From the NCBI RefSeq assembly GCF_009914755.1, contig NC_060931.1: a stretch of DNA of 64,000 nt; one strand, written 5' to 3'. This DNA comes from the human T2T-CHM13v2.0 reference genome, Homo sapiens. Below are positions 1 through 19,435 of this stretch, piece after piece; the stretch's first letter is position 1; the number at the start of each line of letters is the position of its first letter. Position numbers and translations under genes: made by a program. The notes beneath the pieces are model-generated. The model searched no databases. It was not told where the DNA came from and worked only from the letters and a program-made list of their open reading frames with translations.

Positions 1-269
1 TTTTGGATTCTTTACATTAATTCTTTTATTCTATTAACCAAAATATGTTTGGTAATATTTTGAAAAAAAACATAATTTTTTTTTTAGATTTAAATGAAAA
101 AGTTATTTGCTATTACACAGAAGTGACACAATGTCTGCTATAAAAATTGGGAACCAATGTTTTTTCCTTTCAAAATTGCATTAATTTTGCTCCTTTTTTT
201 GTAACTTTTTTATACAAAGTTGAATCCTAAACCAATACTAATTCTTTCTTAAATAATTAATTAAAAAAC

Positions 270-387
270 ATTTTTAATTTTAAAAGTTTTAGAGCATTTT
301 TAGATTTACAGCAAAATTGTGAAAACAATACAGAATAACTACATACTTTACACCCAGCTACCCCTATTATTAACATCTTCCATGATA
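270..387 (-). mobile_element. L1MC-type LINE-1 3' end, fragment 1 of 3
   Basis: 'ttttagagcatttttagatttacagcaaaattg...cccctattattaacatctt' resembles the antisense L1MC 3' terminus; continues at 7691. Confidence 0.6.
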
Positions 388-389
388 TA

Positions 390-763
390 CAGTTAACCCT
401 TGAATAACACAAGTTTGAACTGAGAGGGTCCACATATATGTAAATTTTCTCCTGCTTCTGCCACCCCTAAGACAGCAAGACCAACTCCTCCTCTTCCTCT
501 TCCTTTTTAGCTTACTCAATATGAAGATGATGAGGATGATAATCTTTTTGATGATCCACCTCCACTTAATGAATAGTAAATATATTTTCTCTTCCTTATA
601 ATTTTCTTAGTAACTTTTTCTCTAGCTTACTTTATTGAAAGAATACTGTATATAATAAATATAACAAAATATATGTTTATATACTGTTTATGTTCTCGGT
701 ATGGCTCTGGTCAACTAGTATACTAGTAGTTAGGTTTTGGGGAAGTTAAAAGTTATAGATGGA
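390..763 (+). mobile_element. Tigger2a (MER28) DNA transposon, left part
   Basis: TA (388-389), then TIR cagttaacccttgaataaca; internal 'gacagcaagaccaactcctcctctt...gatgatccacctccacttaatgaatagtaaa' matches recalled Tigger2a. Confidence 0.85.
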
Positions 764-2073
764 GAGAGTCTCCAAGATGGCCAAATAGGAAGAGCTCTGG
801 TCTGCAGCTCCCAGTGAGATCAATGCAGAAGGTGGGTAATTTCTGCATTTCCAACTGAGGTACCTGGTTCATCTCACTGGGACTGGTTGGACAGTGGATG
901 CAGCCCAAGGAGGGTGAGCCAAAACAGGGTAGGGTGTTACCTCACCCAGGAAGTGCAAGGCGTCAGGGAACTCCCTCTCCTAGCCAAGGGAAGTCATTAG
1001 GGACTGTACCATGCACTCTGGCCCAGATACTGAGCTTTTCCCACTGTCTTCACAACCCGCAGATCAGGAGATTCCCTCCAGTGCCTACACCACCAGGGTC
1101 CTGGGTTTCCAACACAAAACTGGGCAGCCATTTGGGCAGACACTGAGTAGTTTTTTTTCATAATCCAGTTGCACTTGGAATGCCAGTGAGACAGAACCAT
1201 TCACTCCCCTGGAAAAGGGGCTAAAGCCAGGGAGCCAAGTGGTCTGGCTTGGTGGGTCCCACCCCCACGGAGCCCGACAAGCTAAGATCCACTTGCTTGA
1301 AATTCTTGTGCCAGCACAGCAATTGGAGCCCGACCTGGGACACTAAGCTTGGTGGGGGGAGGGGCGTCCGCCATTGCTGAGGCTTGAGTAGGTGGTTTTA
1401 CCCTCACAGTGTAAACAAAGCCGCCTGAAAGTTTCAACTGGGCGGAGCCCACCACAGCTCAGCAAGGCCACTGAGGCCAGACTGCCTCTCTAGATTCCTT
1501 CCTCTCTGGGCAGAGTATCTCTGAAAGAAAGGCAGCAGTCCCAGTCAGGGACTTATAGATAAAACCCCCACCTCCCTGGGACAGAGCACCTGGGGTAAGG
1601 GGCAGTTGTGGGCATGGCTTCAGCAGACTTAAACGTCCCTACCAGGCAGCTCTGAAGAGAGCAGTGGATCTCCCAGCATAGAGTTCGAGCTCTGATAAGG
1701 GACAGACTGCCTCTTCAAGTGGGTTCCTGACCCCCGTGTATCCTGACTGGAAGATATCTCCCAGTAGGGGCCGATAAAAACCTCATACAGGAGACCTCTG
1801 CCTGGCATCTGGCGGGTACCCCTCTGGGATGAAGCTTCCAGAGGAAGGAACAGGTAGCAATCTTTGTTGTTCTTCAGCCTCCACCAGTGATACCCAGGCA
1901 AACAGGGTCTAGAGTGGACCTCCAGCAAACTGCAGCAGAGGGGCCTGACTGTTAGAAGGAAAACTAATAAACAGAAAGGAATACTATTGACATCAACAAA
2001 AAGGACATCCACTCAGAGACCCCCATCTGAAGGTCACCAACCTCACAGACCAAAGGTAGATAAATCCACAATG

Positions 2074-3098
2074 ATGGGGAGAAACCAGAGCAAAAAGGCT
2101 GAAAATTCCAAAAACTAGAATGCCTCTTCTCCTCCAAAGGATCACAACTCCTCACCAGCAAGGGAACAAAACTGGACAGAGAATGAGTTTGATGAATTGA
2201 CAGAGGTAGGCTTCAGACAGTGGGTAATAACAAACTCCTCCATGCTAAAGGAGCATGTTCTAATCCAATACAAGGAAGCTAAGAACCATGAAAAGATGTT
2301 AGATGAATTGCTAACTAGAATAACCAGTCTAGAGAAGAACATAAATGACCTGATGGAGCTGAGAAACACAGCATGGGAACTTCGTGAAGCATATACAAGT
2401 ATCAATAGCTGAATCAATCAAGCAGAAGAAAGGATATCAGAGATGGAAGATCAAGTCAATTAAATTAAGCAAGAGGATAAGATTAGAGAAAAAAAGAGTG
2501 AAAACAAATGAACAAAGCCTCCAAGAAATATGGGACTATGTGAAAAAAACCAAATCTACATTTGATTGGTGTACCTGAAAGTGATAGGGAGAATGGAAAT
2601 GAGTTGGAAAACACTTCAGGATATTATCCAGGAGAACTTCCCCAACCTAGCAAGGCAGGCCAACATTCAAATTCAGGAAATACAGAGAAGACCACAAACA
2701 TACTCCACGAGAAGAGTAACCCCAAGACACATAATCTTAAGATTCACCAAGGTTGAAATGAAGGAAAAAATGTTAAGGACAGCCAGAGAAAAAGGTCGGG
2801 TTATGAACAAAGGGTTACCATCAGACCAACAGCAGATCTCTCAGTAGAAACCCTACAAGCCAGAAGAGAGTGGGGGTCAATATTCAACATTCTTAAAGAA
2901 AAGAATTTTCATCCCAGAATTTCATATCCAGCCAAACTAAGCTTCATAAGTGAAGGAGAAATAAAATCCTTTACAGACAAGGAAATACTGAGAAATTTTG
3001 TCACCACCAGGCCTGCCCTACAAGAGCTCCAGAAAGAAGCACGAAACATGGAAAGGAACAACCAGTGCCAGCCACTATAAAAACATACCAAATCGTAA
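2074..3098 (+). pseudogene. L1 ORF1p remnant, multiple stops and frameshifts
   Basis: ORF fragments such as 'LQDIIQENFPNLARQANIQIQEIQR' and 'TRITSLEKNINDLMEL'. Confidence 0.9.
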
Positions 3099-3161
3099 AA
3101 ACCATCAATGCTAGGAAGAAACTGTATCAACTAACGGGCAAAATAACCAGCTAGCATCATA

Positions 3162-6100
3162 ATGGCAGGATCAAATTCACACGTAACAATATTAACCTTA
3201 AATGAAAACAAGCTAAATATCTCCTGGCAAACTGGATAAAGAGTCAAAACCCATCAGTGTGCTGTATTCAGGAGACCCATCTCACATGCAAAGACACATA
3301 TAGGCTAAAAATAAAGGGATGGAGGAATATTTACCAAGCAAATGGAAAGCAAAAAAAGAGCAGGGGTTACAATTCTAGTCTCTGATAAAACAGACTTTAA
3401 ACCAACAAAGATCAAAAGAGACAAAGAGGGTCATTAGACAATGGTAAAGGGATCAATTCAACAAGAAGAGCTAACTATCCTAAATATATATGCACCCAAT
3501 ACAGGAGCACCCAGATTCATAAAGCAAGTCCTTAGAGACCTACAAAGAGACTTAGACTCCCACACAATAATAGTGGGAGACTTTAACACCCCACTGTCAA
3601 TATTAAACTGATCAATGAGACAGAAATTTAACAAGGATATCCAGGACTTGAACTCGGCTCTGGACCAAGCAGAACTAATAGACATCTACAGAACTCTCCA
3701 CCCCAAATCAACAGAATATACACTCTTCTCAGCACCACATTGCAATTATTCTAAAACTGACCACATAATTGGAAGTAAAACACTCCTCAGCAAATGCAAA
3801 AGAACGAAAATCATAACAAACAGTCTCTCAGGCCACAGTACAATCAAATTAGAACTCAAGATTAAGAAACTCACTCAAAATTTCACAACTACATGGAAAC
3901 TGAACAACCTACTCCTGAATGACTACTGGGTAAATAACGAAATGAAGGCAGAATAAAGATGTTCTTTGAAACCAATGAGAACAAAGACACAATGTACCAG
4001 AATCTCTGGGCCACATTTAAAGCAGTGTGTAGAGGGAAATTTACAGCACTAAATCCCCACAAGAGAAAGCAGGAAAGATCTAAAATTGACACCCTAACAT
4101 CACAATTAATAGAACTAGAGAAGCAAAAGCAAACAAATTCAAAAGCTAGCAGAAGACAATAAATAAGATCACAGCAGAACTGAAGGAAATAGGGACACGA
4201 AAAACCCTTAAATAAATGAATCCAGGAGCTGGTTTTTTGAAAAGATTAACAAAATTGATTGACTGCTAGTAAGACTAATAAAGAAAAAAAGAGAGAAGAA
4301 TCAAATAGATGCAATAAAAGATGATAAAGGGGATATCACCACCAATCCCACAGAAATACGAGCTACCATCTGAGGATACTATAAACAACTCTATGCAAAT
4401 AAACTAGAAAATCTAGAAGAAATAGATAAATTCCTTAACACATGCACCCTCCCAAGACTAAATCAAGAATAAGTCTAATCCCTGAATAGACCAATAACAA
4501 GTTCTGATATTGAGGCAGCAATTAATAGTCTACCAACCAAAAAAAGTCCAGGACCAGATGGATTCACAGCCAAATTCTACCAGAGGTACAAAGAGGAGCT
4601 GGTACCATTCCTTTTGAAACTATTTCAATCAATAGAAAAAGAGGGAATCCTCCGTAACTCACTTTATGAGGCCAGCATCATCCTGATACCAAAACCTGGC
4701 AGAGACACAACAAAAGAAGAAAATTTCAGGCCAATATCCCTGATGATCATCGATGTGAAAATCCTCAATAAAATACTGGCAAACCGAATCCAGCAGCACA
4801 TCAAAAAGCTTATCCACCATGATCAAGTAGGCTTCATTCCTGAGATGCAAGGCTGGTTCAACATATGCAAATCAATAAACATAATCCATGACATAAACAG
4901 AACCAATGACAAAAACCACATGATTATCTTGATAGATACAGAAAAGACCTTCAACAAAATTCAACAACCCTTCATGCTAAAAACTCTCAATAAACTAGGC
5001 ATTGATGGAACATATCTCAAAATGGTAAGAGCTATTTATTACAAACCAACAGCCAATATCATACTGAATGGGCAAAAACTGGAAGCATTCCCTTTGAAAA
5101 CCAGCACAAGACAAGGATGCCCTCTCTCACCACTCCTATTCAACATATATTGGAAGTTCTGGCCAGGGCAATCAGGCAGGAGAAAGAAGTAAAGGGTATT
5201 CAAATCGGAAGAGAGGAAGTCAAATTGTCCCTGTTTGCAGATGACATGATTGTATATTTAGAAAACCCCAATGTCTCAGCCCAAAATCTCCTTAAGCTGA
5301 TAAGCAACTGCAGCAAAGTCTCAGGATATAAAATCAATGTGCAAAAATCCCAAGCATTCCTATACACCGTAACAGACAAACAGAGAGCCAAATCATGAGT
5401 GAACTCCCATTCACAATCGCTACAAAGAGAATAAAATACCTAGGAATCCAACTTACAAGAGATGTGAAGGACTTTTTCAAGAAGAACTACAAACCACTGC
5501 TCAAGGAAATAAGAGGGGACACAAACACATGGAACAACATTCCATGCCCATGGATAGGAAGACTCAATATCATGAAAATGACCATACTGCCCAAAGTCAT
5601 TTATAGATTCAATGCTGTCCCCATCAAGCTACCACTGACTTTCTTCACAGAATTAGAAAAAGCTACATTAAATTTCATATGAAACCAAAAAAGAGCCCAC
5701 ATACCCATGACAATCCTAAGCAGAAAGAAAAAAGCTGGAGGCCTCATGCTACCTGACTTCAAACTACACTACAAGGCTACAGCAACAAAAACCGCATGGT
5801 ACTGGTACCAAAACTGAGATACAGACTAATGGAACAGAACAGAGCCCTCAGAAATAACACCACACATCTACAACCATCTGATCTTTGACAAACCTGACAA
5901 AAACAAGCAATGCGAAAAGGATTCCCTATTTAATAAATGGTGTTGGGAAAACTGGGTAGCCATATGCAGAAAACTGAAACTGGATCTCTTCCTTACACCT
6001 TATACAAAAATTAACTCAAGATAGATAAAGACTTAAACATAAGATCTAAAACCATAAACATCCTAGAAGTAAACCTAGGCAATACCATTCAGGACATAGG

Positions 6101-6956
6101 CATGGGCAAAGACTTCATGACTAAAACACCAAAAGCAATGGCAACAAAAGTCAAAATTGACAAATGAATTTGACTAAAGAGCTTCTGCACAGCAAAATAA
6201 ACTATCATCAGAGTGAACAGGTAACATACAGAATGGGAGAAAATTTTTTGCAACCTATCCATCTGACAAAGGGCTAATATCCACAATCTACAAAGAACTT
6301 AAACAAATTTACAACAAAAAACAAACAACCCCATCAAAAAGTGGGCAAAGGAAACCAACAGACAGTTCTCAAAAGAAGACATTTATGCAGCCATCAAACA
6401 TATGAATAAAAGCTCATCATCACTGGTCATTAGAGAAATGCAAATCAAAACCACAATGAGATACCATCTCACGCCAGTTAGAATGGCAATCATTAGAAAG
6501 TCAGGAAACAACAGATGCTGGAAAGGATGTGGAGAAATAGGAAAGCTTTTACACTGTTGGTGGGAGTGTAAATTAGTTCAACCATTGTGGAAGACAGTGT
6601 GGCGATTCCTCAAGGATCTAGAACCAGAAATACCATTTGACTCAGTGATCCCATTACTGGGTATATACCAAAAGGATTAGAAATCATGCTACTATAAAGA
6701 CACATGCACACGTGTGTTTATTGTGGCACTGTTCACAATAGCAAAGACTTGGAACCAACCCAAATGTCCATCAATGATAGACTGGATAAAGAAAATGTGG
6801 CACATATACACTACAGAATACTATGCAGCCATAAAAAAGGATGAGTTCATTTCCTTTGCAGGGACATGGTTGATGCTGGAAACCACCATTCTCAGCAAAC
6901 TAACACAAGAACGGAAAACCAAACACTGCGTGTTCTCACTCATAAGTGGGAGTTGA
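3162..6956 (+). pseudogene. L1 ORF2p (endonuclease/reverse transcriptase) remnant, fragmented
   Basis: Fragments containing '[12 protein letters not shown]', '[11 protein letters not shown]', '[18 protein letters not shown]' lie in different frames. Confidence 0.92.
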
Positions 6957-7165
6957 TCAATGAAACCACATTGACACAGGGAGGGGAACATCACTCCCTG
7001 GGGCCTGTGGGGGGTGGGGGGCTAGGCGAGGGATTGCATTAGGAGAAGTACCTAATGTGGATGATGGGCTGATGGATGCAGCAAACCACCATGGCATGTG
7101 TATACCTATGTAGTAAACCTGCATGTTCTGCACATATACCCCAGAACTTAAAGTATAATAAAAAA

Positions 7166-7608
7166 TGTTTTATATGATAAAGTTTTCCCCACCCGAAAGT
7201 CCTTAATCTATTCATAATTTATTTTTGGATGTGATTGTCCACATCATTTACTTAATATCCACAGAAGTAGCAATATTGTTTACCAATCTTCTCCCTTTCT
7301 CCCATGAAGTATGGCCATTAAAGAATTCTCATAGTTACTTTCCTGGAAAGTAGATCTTATGACCCTCATTTAGACCAGTCCTGTCTTGTACCTAGAGTCC
7401 AAGAAGAGTCTGAACAAACAGTCCTTCCTAATGAGTTTATTTTACCACAGGATCATATGCCTTTTTCCTCCAGTCACAGTTTTGCATGATTGTTCATAAA
7501 AATATACAGTTTTCCCTGGGTCTTTGGGTCTTCATTTCTAACATCTACTGTGTCATGTAAAACTTTGGTTGAATAAATTCGTTATATTTTTATCTTAGTA
7601 AAAAAAAA
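7166..7608 (+). other. L1 3'-transduced segment (largely ERV1 MER34/MER39-like LTR) with second poly(A)
   Basis: Lies between the L1 tail and the right TSD; AATAAA 7572-7577, A-run 7600-7608; 'ttttccctgggtctttgggtcttcatt...tgtcatgtaaaact' is MER4-group LTR-like. Confidence 0.8.
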
Positions 7609-7677
7609 TTATAAGTGGATTTTCCACTGCACAGGGCGTCAGTGCTCCTAACCCTTGTGTTGTTCAAGGATCAACTG
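7604..7677 (+). mobile_element. Tigger2a, right part
   Basis: Ends in TIR tgttgttcaaggatcaactg (7658-7677), near reverse complement of 390-409. Confidence 0.85.
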
Positions 7678-7690
7678 TTGTTCAAGGATC

Positions 7691-9420
7691 TAGGCTGTGG
7701 CAGTTTCTCAGACTTTCCTTATTGTTTTTCTTATAACATTGACGGTATAAAGGAGTACTAGTTAAATAGCTTTTACAATAGCCCTGAATTGGGATTGGTC
7801 TGATGCTTTTCTCATGATTAGCCTGGGGTTATGGGGTTTGGAAAGGAAGACTACAGACACAGAATGCCATTCTCATCACATCATGTCAAGGGTGCACACT
7901 CTTTCAGCATGACTCATCACTGCTTATGGTAACCTGGATCACCTGGCAGAGGTAGTTTTTGTCAGGCTTCTCAACTGAAGAGTTACTCTTACTTCCCCCA
8001 TTTCTATGCTGCACTCTGGAAGGAACTCACTGTGTGCAGCCCACACTTAGTGGGTGGGGAGTTACGTTCCATCTTCTTGAGGGAGGAGTATCTACATAAT
8101 TCATTAGGATTTCATCTTTATAAATTTGCCTCTTTCCTTCAATGTATTTATGTATTTGTTCATTTATTTATATCTGTACAGATTCATTGATATAGATTTT
8201 ACATATCGGGTAATAATCCAATACCACTTTGTTTATTTTGTGGTTTAGATTGTTCCAACCATGACCATTGAGAGTTCTTTCATTTGGATGCTGTTCCTTT
8301 GACACTCCCTTCAATGTGAGTCTTTTTTTCTTTCTTCCTTCTTTTTCTCCTTTCCCCTTCCTTTCTTCCTTCCTTTTTTTCTTTCTTCCTTCCTTTTTAT
8401 TTTTTTGGTGACCATTTCTTTCTTTCTGGTACTATAAAATGCCCCAGGCTCAGTCTGCATATTTCTAGCCCTTGTCAAAGAATCAGCCATTCCTCTCCAG
8501 AGCCCTAGTTCCTTTTACTGGAAAATTGTATTAGAAATCAAGATCTGGGTGCTAGGTATGCTCACTGATATTGAGATGCTCTTATTTCTAAGCTCTCTCA
8601 GCTGACAGAGTGAGGAAACATATGTGTGTATACTAAACCATGTATGTATATCTATAAATATTTCTATCTGTAACCATCTACGTCAACATTAAGCTAAACA
8701 TGAGTTCATATTGATGTCTCTAACTGAAATCCATTACTACATTTGTCATTCTAGCTTCTTCCTGTTGTTTGTCTGTGACTTTCCACTCAAACAGGGAAAA
8801 ATCTGGTTTCCACTACCTGGCATCTATTTATATGCTGTTTAATTATTTATATATATGGTGGTATCAGTATTGCTAACCTGTAGCTTTGTAGGAATCAAAT
8901 TTATCTACTAAATTACAGTGTCTGTATGCAGGTTCATTTGCATTTAACCTTAAAATTCTAGCATTTTCAAAGTTACTTGGTTCAGAAATTCTTATTCCCA
9001 CTTCTTTCAGTGAGATTATTTCATACATATGTAATACAGTTAGATTGTTTTGTTACATTTTGCATTTCATCTTGGGATATGCTGACCTCCCAAAGGATTT
9101 TTTAATTGCATGCATTAGTGTTAATTCTTTGTGCTACAAAATTCTACAGATTTTAATAATTGCATAATACATTACAATATAATACAGAATAATGTTACCA
9201 TCCCAAAACATCTCCTGTGCTTCACCTATTCAACACTTCCTTCTTCTGCAACTCTGGAAACCACTGATCTTACTGTCACTATTGTTTTACTTTTTCCAGA
9301 ATGTCACATAATTTGAATCCTACCATATGTAGACTTGTAAGTCTGACTTCTTTCACTTAGCAACATGCATTTAAGAATCATCCCTGTCTTTTTGTGGCTT
9401 GATAGCTAATTTCTTTCTTT
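7691..9420 (-). mobile_element. L1MC-type LINE-1 3' region, fragment 2
   Basis: 'ggcagtttctcagactttcc...catgattagcctggggttatggg...tgccattctcatcacatca' is typical antisense L1MC 3'UTR. Confidence 0.75.
8322..8425. repeat. CT-rich low-complexity (TTCC/TTTC)n tract
   Basis: Directly visible pyrimidine-rich run. Confidence 0.8.
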
Positions 9421-16620
<7,200 letters not shown>

Positions 16621-16624
16621 TCAA

Positions 16625-17040
16625 CATTATCTTATTTATTTTTAATTTCTGAATACTATTCCATTGTATGGATGTACTACAGTTTGTTTACACATTCACC
16701 TACTAAAGGACATCTTGGTTTCCTCCAGTGTTTCATAATTATGAATAAAGCTGCTGTATGCATTTATGTGCAGGTTTTTGTATGGACATAATGTTTTCAA
16801 ATCCGTTGGGTAAATACTTAGAGTGCAGTGGCTGGACTGCATGTTAAAACTATGTTTAGCTTTGTAAGAAACTGCCAAACTGTCTTCCACAGTAGCTATA
16901 CTATTTTGCTTTTCTGCCAGCAATGAATGAGTGTTCCTTTTGCTCAGAATTTTTATCAATTTTGGTATTATCAGGGCTTTTTTCTCCTTTTGCATTTTAA
17001 CTATTCTCATATGTGTGTAGTGATATCTTAGTGTTGTTTC
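16625..17040 (-). mobile_element. L1MC-type LINE-1, fragment 3
   Basis: 'gaatactattccattgtatggatgtactacagtttg' is the expected continuation of 'gtggcttgatagctaatttc' at ~9395-9414. Confidence 0.75.
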
Positions 17041-18719
17041 CTTATATTTAAAGATGTGTTTGAGATGTTTATTTTTTCACAATTTAATTTTTTCTAGGTA
17101 TGTATGGAATTCAGAACTTTTCTTTTTAACACCTAGATTCTCAGTTATATTTTCAACAAATCAAGTGTTATTTAGTTATATATTAGTGTTTCTGCTTCTA
17201 TTCCAACTGTTTTGATTTATTTCTCAAGGAATTCATAATTCTGAAATTGTATTTTTATTCATCATCCTCCTATTACTATGATCTTTAACTTCCCTCCAAT
17301 TTTTTGTTATTTTCCCCCCGCATCATAAGGCAGCTTCTCAAATTTGACCTTTATATCCCTGATTCAAGATTCTGAATTTCAAATTCTGTCTTCTAATGGA
17401 GGTTTTTAAATTCAGGTGCTGGATTTTTTTGTCTAGTTTCCTTATAGCATTCATCTCCCTTAACATTTCTGTTTTTCTTTAATCTCTTCTCTTGTAATGG
17501 CTTCATGTTCTCATTTTTTTAAAGCTTGATTTATTTGTAAAATCATTATTTTTTTTGTGGTATGATTCTCTCCAAGTCTTTAAAAGGAGATGGATTTAGT
17601 GTTTGACGGCAGTCAGGTTTTGTAGCTTGGCTTTCCCTTTACCTAATTAGTGATATATTTAAAAAAGTACTTTTACTTCTTCTTTTTTTGGAAAACATAA
17701 ACCATTGGTAGAATATACAAAAATATTTGATGCAGGATGCTTTGTGGCATTTCCCTCCTCAGAACAATACACAAAGCATCAAAGCATCACAAAGCATCAC
17801 AAGTTTCACTTGCTTTGTCTAACTCATTGTTTTCTGAGGGTTGCAATCTCTGAAGCTACTTGACTAAGAGAAATTTTGGAGTGGGTAAGGGGCAGTGTCT
17901 CACTACTTCAAAATAATAAGTTATGGCAGCAGAGAAATGGGTTTCCCGTTTGAGGCTGAAAAGGCTTGAGTTTCTGATTCACAGGCAAAGATGTTATGCG
18001 AGAAATTTTATATTCTTTATTCTTCAGGAAAGAATATTTACTTTACCTCAGGTGAAAACCATATGCCAATCTCTCTTTCACATTCTAATTCTCATTTATG
18101 TTTCATACATTTTTAATTAGTGAAAATGCTCCCTATGGTCTGGCAATATGTTGACTGTCAGACCTAGTTTAAGATGTAGTTACAAATTATCATCATTTTC
18201 TGAATTCCCACAGGTATTCCATTGGGAATTGGGAAAAATTAAACATAAAATGGCTGTCTTAATGCTATAATGGCCAAAAAATTGCATTTCAACACAAATT
18301 TAAGATGTCTTCTTACAAGTAGATCTTATAAGTAGATCTTATGAGGTAAAGAATGCTTGAAAAATACAGAAGAAAAAGTATAAGAAATCATAGTAGATCA
18401 TAAACAGATTATGTCATCAATAATTGTCTTTAATAAATTAAATTTATAATATATATTATAAATATATAATATAAATAAATCTGGATCTCAGATTTTAATT
18501 TTATTTATATAGCTCTATACAAGCATTTTTATGGTTTTCCCAGAGACTGAAACAGATTTTGAGATAAATAAGGAGAAAATAGAAAGAACTGCATGAGTAG
18601 TAATGAATAGCAATTTATAAATCATAAAGTAAGACTTTAAAATAAAAAAATTAGAGGCCTCTAGACACCACAGTTCACTTACAGAAATTATTAGGAAATA
18701 AGATAAAGCTCTTTAATCC

Positions 18720-19435
18720 ATTTTTTAAAGCTTACAGAGATAATAGAGATATAATTTTCGTACAATAAAAACCTGCTCGTTTTAAATTTGTAGTTTGAAG
18801 ACTTGGTAAATGCATATAGTCATGCAACTACCATGATTATCAAGTTTAATCACATTTCTATCACCCAGAAAAATTCCCTGATACCCCTTGACAATCAATA
18901 CAGGCCACCAGCATTCAACTTGGAACCACTGATCTGCTTTGAGTCATTACAGTTTTACCTCTTCCAGAACATCATATAAATGGAATCATAGAGCACGTAG
19001 GCTTTTGTACCTGGCTTCTTTCACCTAGCATGATGTTTCTTAGTTTTCTCTATATTATTCGTGTTTCAATAGCTTGTTCTTTCTCTACTGCTGAGCAGCA
19101 GTTCATTGTGTAGATAACTTACATTTTGTTTATCCATTCAGCAACTCATGGACCTGTGTTCTTTTCAGTTTGGGGTTATTATGAATAATGCAATGATAAA
19201 CATCAGCATACATTTGATTAGTGGATACAGGTTTTTATATCTACTGGATAATAGAATCATTGGGTCATATGGTAAGTTTATTTTTGACTTTTTGAGAAAC
19301 TGCCAACATAATTTTCAAAGTGGCTGGCTGCATTGTTTTAAATTCCCACTAACAGCATATGAGGGTTTCAGTTGCTCCACAACTTGCCAACACTTGACAT
19401 TGTAAGTCTTTTTAGTTTTAGCTATCCTAAATGTG
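18720..19435 (-). mobile_element. L1ME/L1MB-type 3' end fragment
   Basis: 'aaccactgatctgcttt...catataaatggaatcatag...tggcttctttcacctagcatgatgttt'. Confidence 0.7.

Larger units (their letters stand above)
764..7165 (+). mobile_element. Full-length LINE-1, L1PA7-like, inactive
   Basis: 5' 'ccaagatggccaaatagga' (YY1 site), ~1.3 kb 5'UTR, ORF1 and ORF2 remnants, G-rich 3'UTR ending 'cccagaacttaaagtataataaaaaa'. Confidence 0.95.

Noticed and set aside
1629-2012. 127-aa antisense ORF in the older L1 5'UTR as ORF0
   Set aside because: Wrong position and sequence for ORF0; the track shows no ORF0-like ORF in this element.
18330-18344. 15-mer aagtagatcttatga shared with the transduced segment (7348-7362)
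   Set aside because: The match does not extend, and a few 15-bp matches are expected by chance in 64 kb; not the transduction source.
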